This document shows, in pieces, positions 61,485 to 64,000 of a stretch of DNA of 64,000 nt. Under the pieces are notes generated by a model. The model did no database searches. It saw only the letters and a list, made by a program, of their open reading frames with translations, and was not told the DNA's origin. This DNA comes from an uncultured cyanobacterium. Lineage in GTDB: Bacteria > Cyanobacteriota > Cyanobacteriia > Cyanobacteriales > CAWUOF01. Made by a program: the position numbers and the translations under genes. Location: the NCBI GenBank assembly GCA_963744145.1, contig CAVUSO010000001.1, positions 2,656,001 through 2,720,000 on the forward strand. The letters run 5' to 3'. How positions within the stretch are numbered: the stretch's first letter is position 1; each line of letters starts with the position of its first letter.

Positions 61485-62609
61485 ATGAGTATAGAACAAG
61501 AATTAATTGCCCTGGTAGAAGCATTACGGATTCCTCCATTAGATCCCCTATCTCCCCCAGATTATTCCCTGGTAGAAGCATTACGGATTCCTGTATTAGA
61601 CCCCCTATCTCCCCCAGATTGGAAGGATTGGTATCACTTTATTGTGATCAATAAACTAACGGGAATGCGATCGCTGATCAATATCAACATGATGGGGAGA
61701 CCAGAACAAGGAGAAATTCAAGTTACCTTGATTGTTAACTTACCTTCAGAGCAACTTCCCGAACCTATTCGACCCCATACCACTTTAGCGACCTTTTCCC
61801 AAGTATTTTCCCTCCAATGGAAACTAGGGATAGTCCGTCAATTTCCGTTTCAATTACAAGGAGATCAGGTTCATTTAGAGATTAATGAGGGAAATTATAT
61901 CGTCGAAGTTAGTGATCCGCGATCGCAAATATCGATTAGTTTTCAAGGAGAAGCACGAGCAACACCATTATTAGTTACAGAAGCTTCACCATTTGGAAGT
62001 GGTTTCATTGGTTGGGGTTTAGTCCCAGGTTTTGCAGTAGTTGGGGAATTATTAATTGGAGGAAATTCTTACAGTTTAGATCAAAATTGTTTTGGGTATC
62101 ACGATCATAATTTTGGTCGATTTCGCTGGGGTGAAGATATTGGTTGGGAGTGGTTTGTAGTAACAGCTACTTGTCCAGACGGTAGAGAAATTACTCTAAT
62201 TTTAGACCAACGTACTAATAAAGATCACTCAGCCCGAGGTTTAGCCTATATCTTTGTTTATATTGATCATAAATTGAGAAAAATATTTTTGGGTAATAGT
62301 ATTAGAATTGATTGGAATTGGTCTAATTCGATTGAAAAACCCTTACGTTTACCAGGAATTATGGCTTCCCTATTTTCTCATCGAAGTGCAAGAATCCCCC
62401 AAAATTTGCAAATTGAAGCAGCAGATGACCAAGATGATCTATCAATGCAGGTGAATTTTGATGGGATGATTGAACTAATTGTACCTGATAATCAAGCCCG
62501 TCAATATACCTTCATTGAAGAATTGACTGGTGAGATTGAAGTTAGTCTGTCTCTGAAGGATGAATCCTATCAAGGTCAAGGGTTTATTTACGCTGAATAT
62601 GTGCATTAA
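61485..62609 (+). CDS. CrtC/tocopherol cyclase/AttH-like beta-barrel enzyme
   Basis: WKDWYHF, GYHDHNFG.F.WG...GWEW motifs. Confidence 0.65.
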   Translation: MSIEQELIALVEALRIPPLDPLSPPDYSLVEALRIPVLDPLSPPDWKDWYHFIVINKLTGMRSLININMMGRPEQGEIQVTLIVNLPSEQLPEPIRPHTTLATFSQVFSLQWKLGIVRQFPFQLQGDQVHLEINEGNYIVEVSDPRSQISISFQGEARATPLLVTEASPFGSGFIGWGLVPGFAVVGELLIGGNSYSLDQNCFGYHDHNFGRFRWGEDIGWEWFVVTATCPDGREITLILDQRTNKDHSARGLAYIFVYIDHKLRKIFLGNSIRIDWNWSNSIEKPLRLPGIMASLFSHRSARIPQNLQIEAADDQDDLSMQVNFDGMIELIVPDNQARQYTFIEELTGEIEVSLSLKDESYQGQGFIYAEYVH

Positions 62610-62712
62610 TACTTAATACCAATTTAATGTGAAGTTGCATAGATTTACAATCCCCCTCGTATCCCTCTTCAAAAGGGTAAGGCTGTTTCATGCTCGATTC
62701 TCATATAATCTC

Positions 62713-62752
62713 GACCTAACCCCCCAACCCCCTTCCCTACAAGGGAAGGGGG
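62713..62752. repeat. Short dispersed palindromic repeat (copy of 45151-45190)
   Basis: GACCTAACCCCCCAACCCCCTTCCCTAcAAGGGAAGGGGG. Confidence 0.85.
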
Positions 62753-62892
62753 GGTAATTAAGATGATTAAATTGATGGAAGATTGAATAGCGGGTCAATC
62801 TTGCACCCCTTTCCTATGGGTCGAGGGGTTGAGGGAGAGGTGGTTCTGGTGGGATAAAACCGTACTGCTACTGATAGCGCAGAGTGCAAAAG

Positions 62893-62997
62893 CTACTCTT
62901 CACTACCTTGTAGTTTGAGGAGCAGATAACCTGCGGATAATCCGATCAGTGTTAAAGTAAAGCACAAGAAAGCCACACTAAAGATTTCAGCGCCCAT
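62893..62997 (-). CDS. petM: Cytochrome b6f complex subunit PetM
   Basis: Below the ORF-track cutoff. MGAEIFSVAFLCFTLTLIGLSAGYLLLKLQGSEE* with an AGGAG RBS, divergent from pdxA. Confidence 0.9.
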   Translation of the reverse strand: MGAEIFSVAFLCFTLTLIGLSAGYLLLKLQGSEE

Positions 62998-63196
62998 TTT
63001 TTCTCCTTGGTGGATAGTCTTAAATTGAGGACAAAATTAATTTTCATCTCATCTCAATTTACTATGAAAGGATGTATTGCTATCTATGTCTAATCAAGAT
63101 CCCTTCTCAGTCAGTCCAGTTTCCTTACCAGTTGGCCCTGAAAGAGAAATGGGGCGATCGCCTGACTAGGCTGGTATAATACTAATTTAGGATAAA

Positions 63197-64000
63197 ATGA
63201 AAAATTTAGCCGCTAATCATAATTTACATTTAGCCGTGACTCTGGGAGATCCAGCGGGAATTGGACCAGAAGTAGTATTAAAAGCTTTAGCTGATCGAAC
63301 GCTCACATCTAATCGTCAAGTTACGGTGATTGGTAGTCGAGCAGTATTAGAAAAAACCTATCATCATCTCAAATCTGGTTGTCAACCTTTAGCAGATCCA
63401 GCCGAATTAAATATTTGCGATGTGGATTTTGAGGGAATTAGAGGAAATTTTGTGCTAGGAAGTGGAAACGAAACCAGTGGAGCAGCTAGTTTTGCTTATT
63501 TAGAAACAGCAATTGCAGCTACTTTAGCAGGAAACTTTCACGGCATCGTCACTGGACCAATTTCTAAAACTTACTGGCAAGCAGCCGGTCATTTTTATCC
63601 TGGTCAAACCGAACTTTTAGCCGAGAAAGCAAAAGTAAAGGAATATGGGATGTTATTTGTAGCGCGATCGCCTATTTCTGGTTGGGTCTTAAGAACATTA
63701 CTAGCTACTACTCATGTTCCTTTATGTCAAGTATCAGGAATATTAACCTGGGATTTATTAAGTAGTAAATTGGGATTATTAGTGAAGAGTTTACAGCAAG
63801 ATTTTGGGATTGTAACACCGAGAATCGCGATCGCCGGATTAAATCCCCACAGTGGAGAAAATGGTCAACTAGGATGGGAAGAAAAAGACTTAATTATTCC
63901 TTGGTTAGAATGGGAGCGGGTCCAGAAACCGGATTTAATTCTAGAGGGTCCAATTCCACCAGATACGATGTGGGTTAAACCCGGACAAGCTTGGAATGGT
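63197..64000 (+). CDS. pdxA: 4-hydroxythreonine-4-phosphate dehydrogenase, runs off the right edge
   Basis: LAVTLGDPAGIGPEV, VTGPISK, YPGQTELLAE, LATTHVPL, AGLNPHSGENG and GPIPPDTMW motifs. Confidence 0.95.
   Translation, partial: MKNLAANHNLHLAVTLGDPAGIGPEVVLKALADRTLTSNRQVTVIGSRAVLEKTYHHLKSGCQPLADPAELNICDVDFEGIRGNFVLGSGNETSGAASFAYLETAIAATLAGNFHGIVTGPISKTYWQAAGHFYPGQTELLAEKAKVKEYGMLFVARSPISGWVLRTLLATTHVPLCQVSGILTWDLLSSKLGLLVKSLQQDFGIVTPRIAIAGLNPHSGENGQLGWEEKDLIIPWLEWERVQKPDLILEGPIPPDTMWVKPGQAWNG

Noticed and set aside
1..64000. Frequent GCGATCGC octamers as a novel repeat; short antisense ORFs of 60-100 aa; tRNA/rRNA genes
   Set aside because: GCGATCGC is the well-known cyanobacterial HIP1. 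The short ORFs overlap confident genes and lack motifs. No tRNA or rRNA was recognised by eye.

Overview
This is a cyanobacterial chromosomal window: AT-rich, with abundant HIP1 GCGATCGC octamers and core genes petM, pdxA, hemL, hisIE, argS, murF and dprA. Several accessory modules are interspersed. (1) 5.96-13.35 kb is a defence-like island with an ABC-type ATPase, its decayed and MITE-interrupted partner gene, and two tandem toxin-antitoxin-like pairs. The two second ('antitoxin') proteins share a 73-aa C-terminal domain (42/73 identical by hand alignment) and are followed directly by a TPR-CHAT (caspase-like) protease. This is the best candidate for an undescribed system. (2) 35.6-37.3 kb is a C-protein-controlled type II restriction-modification cassette with a PvuII-like C-box. 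(3) 39.5-46.1 kb is a sulfur locus: a cNMP-domain (family 2B) encapsulin, a cargo cysteine desulfurase and two YeeE/YedE proteins, with an Rrf2 regulator, a degenerate ARD cupin, an unannotated persulfide-dioxygenase remnant and three 27-bp palindromes. (4) 53.47-53.67 kb holds two tandem NsiR1-like sRNA copies with TCCGGA-type promoter boxes. (5) 53.8-62.6 kb is a divergent putative isoprenoid-glycoside cluster. (6) 26-32 kb encodes a giant repeat-rich secreted protein that shares a short motif with a small neighbour, next to an SLH porin. Five apparent single frameshifts in otherwise intact genes may be assembly indels. All family calls come from motif recognition by eye; no database searches were run.
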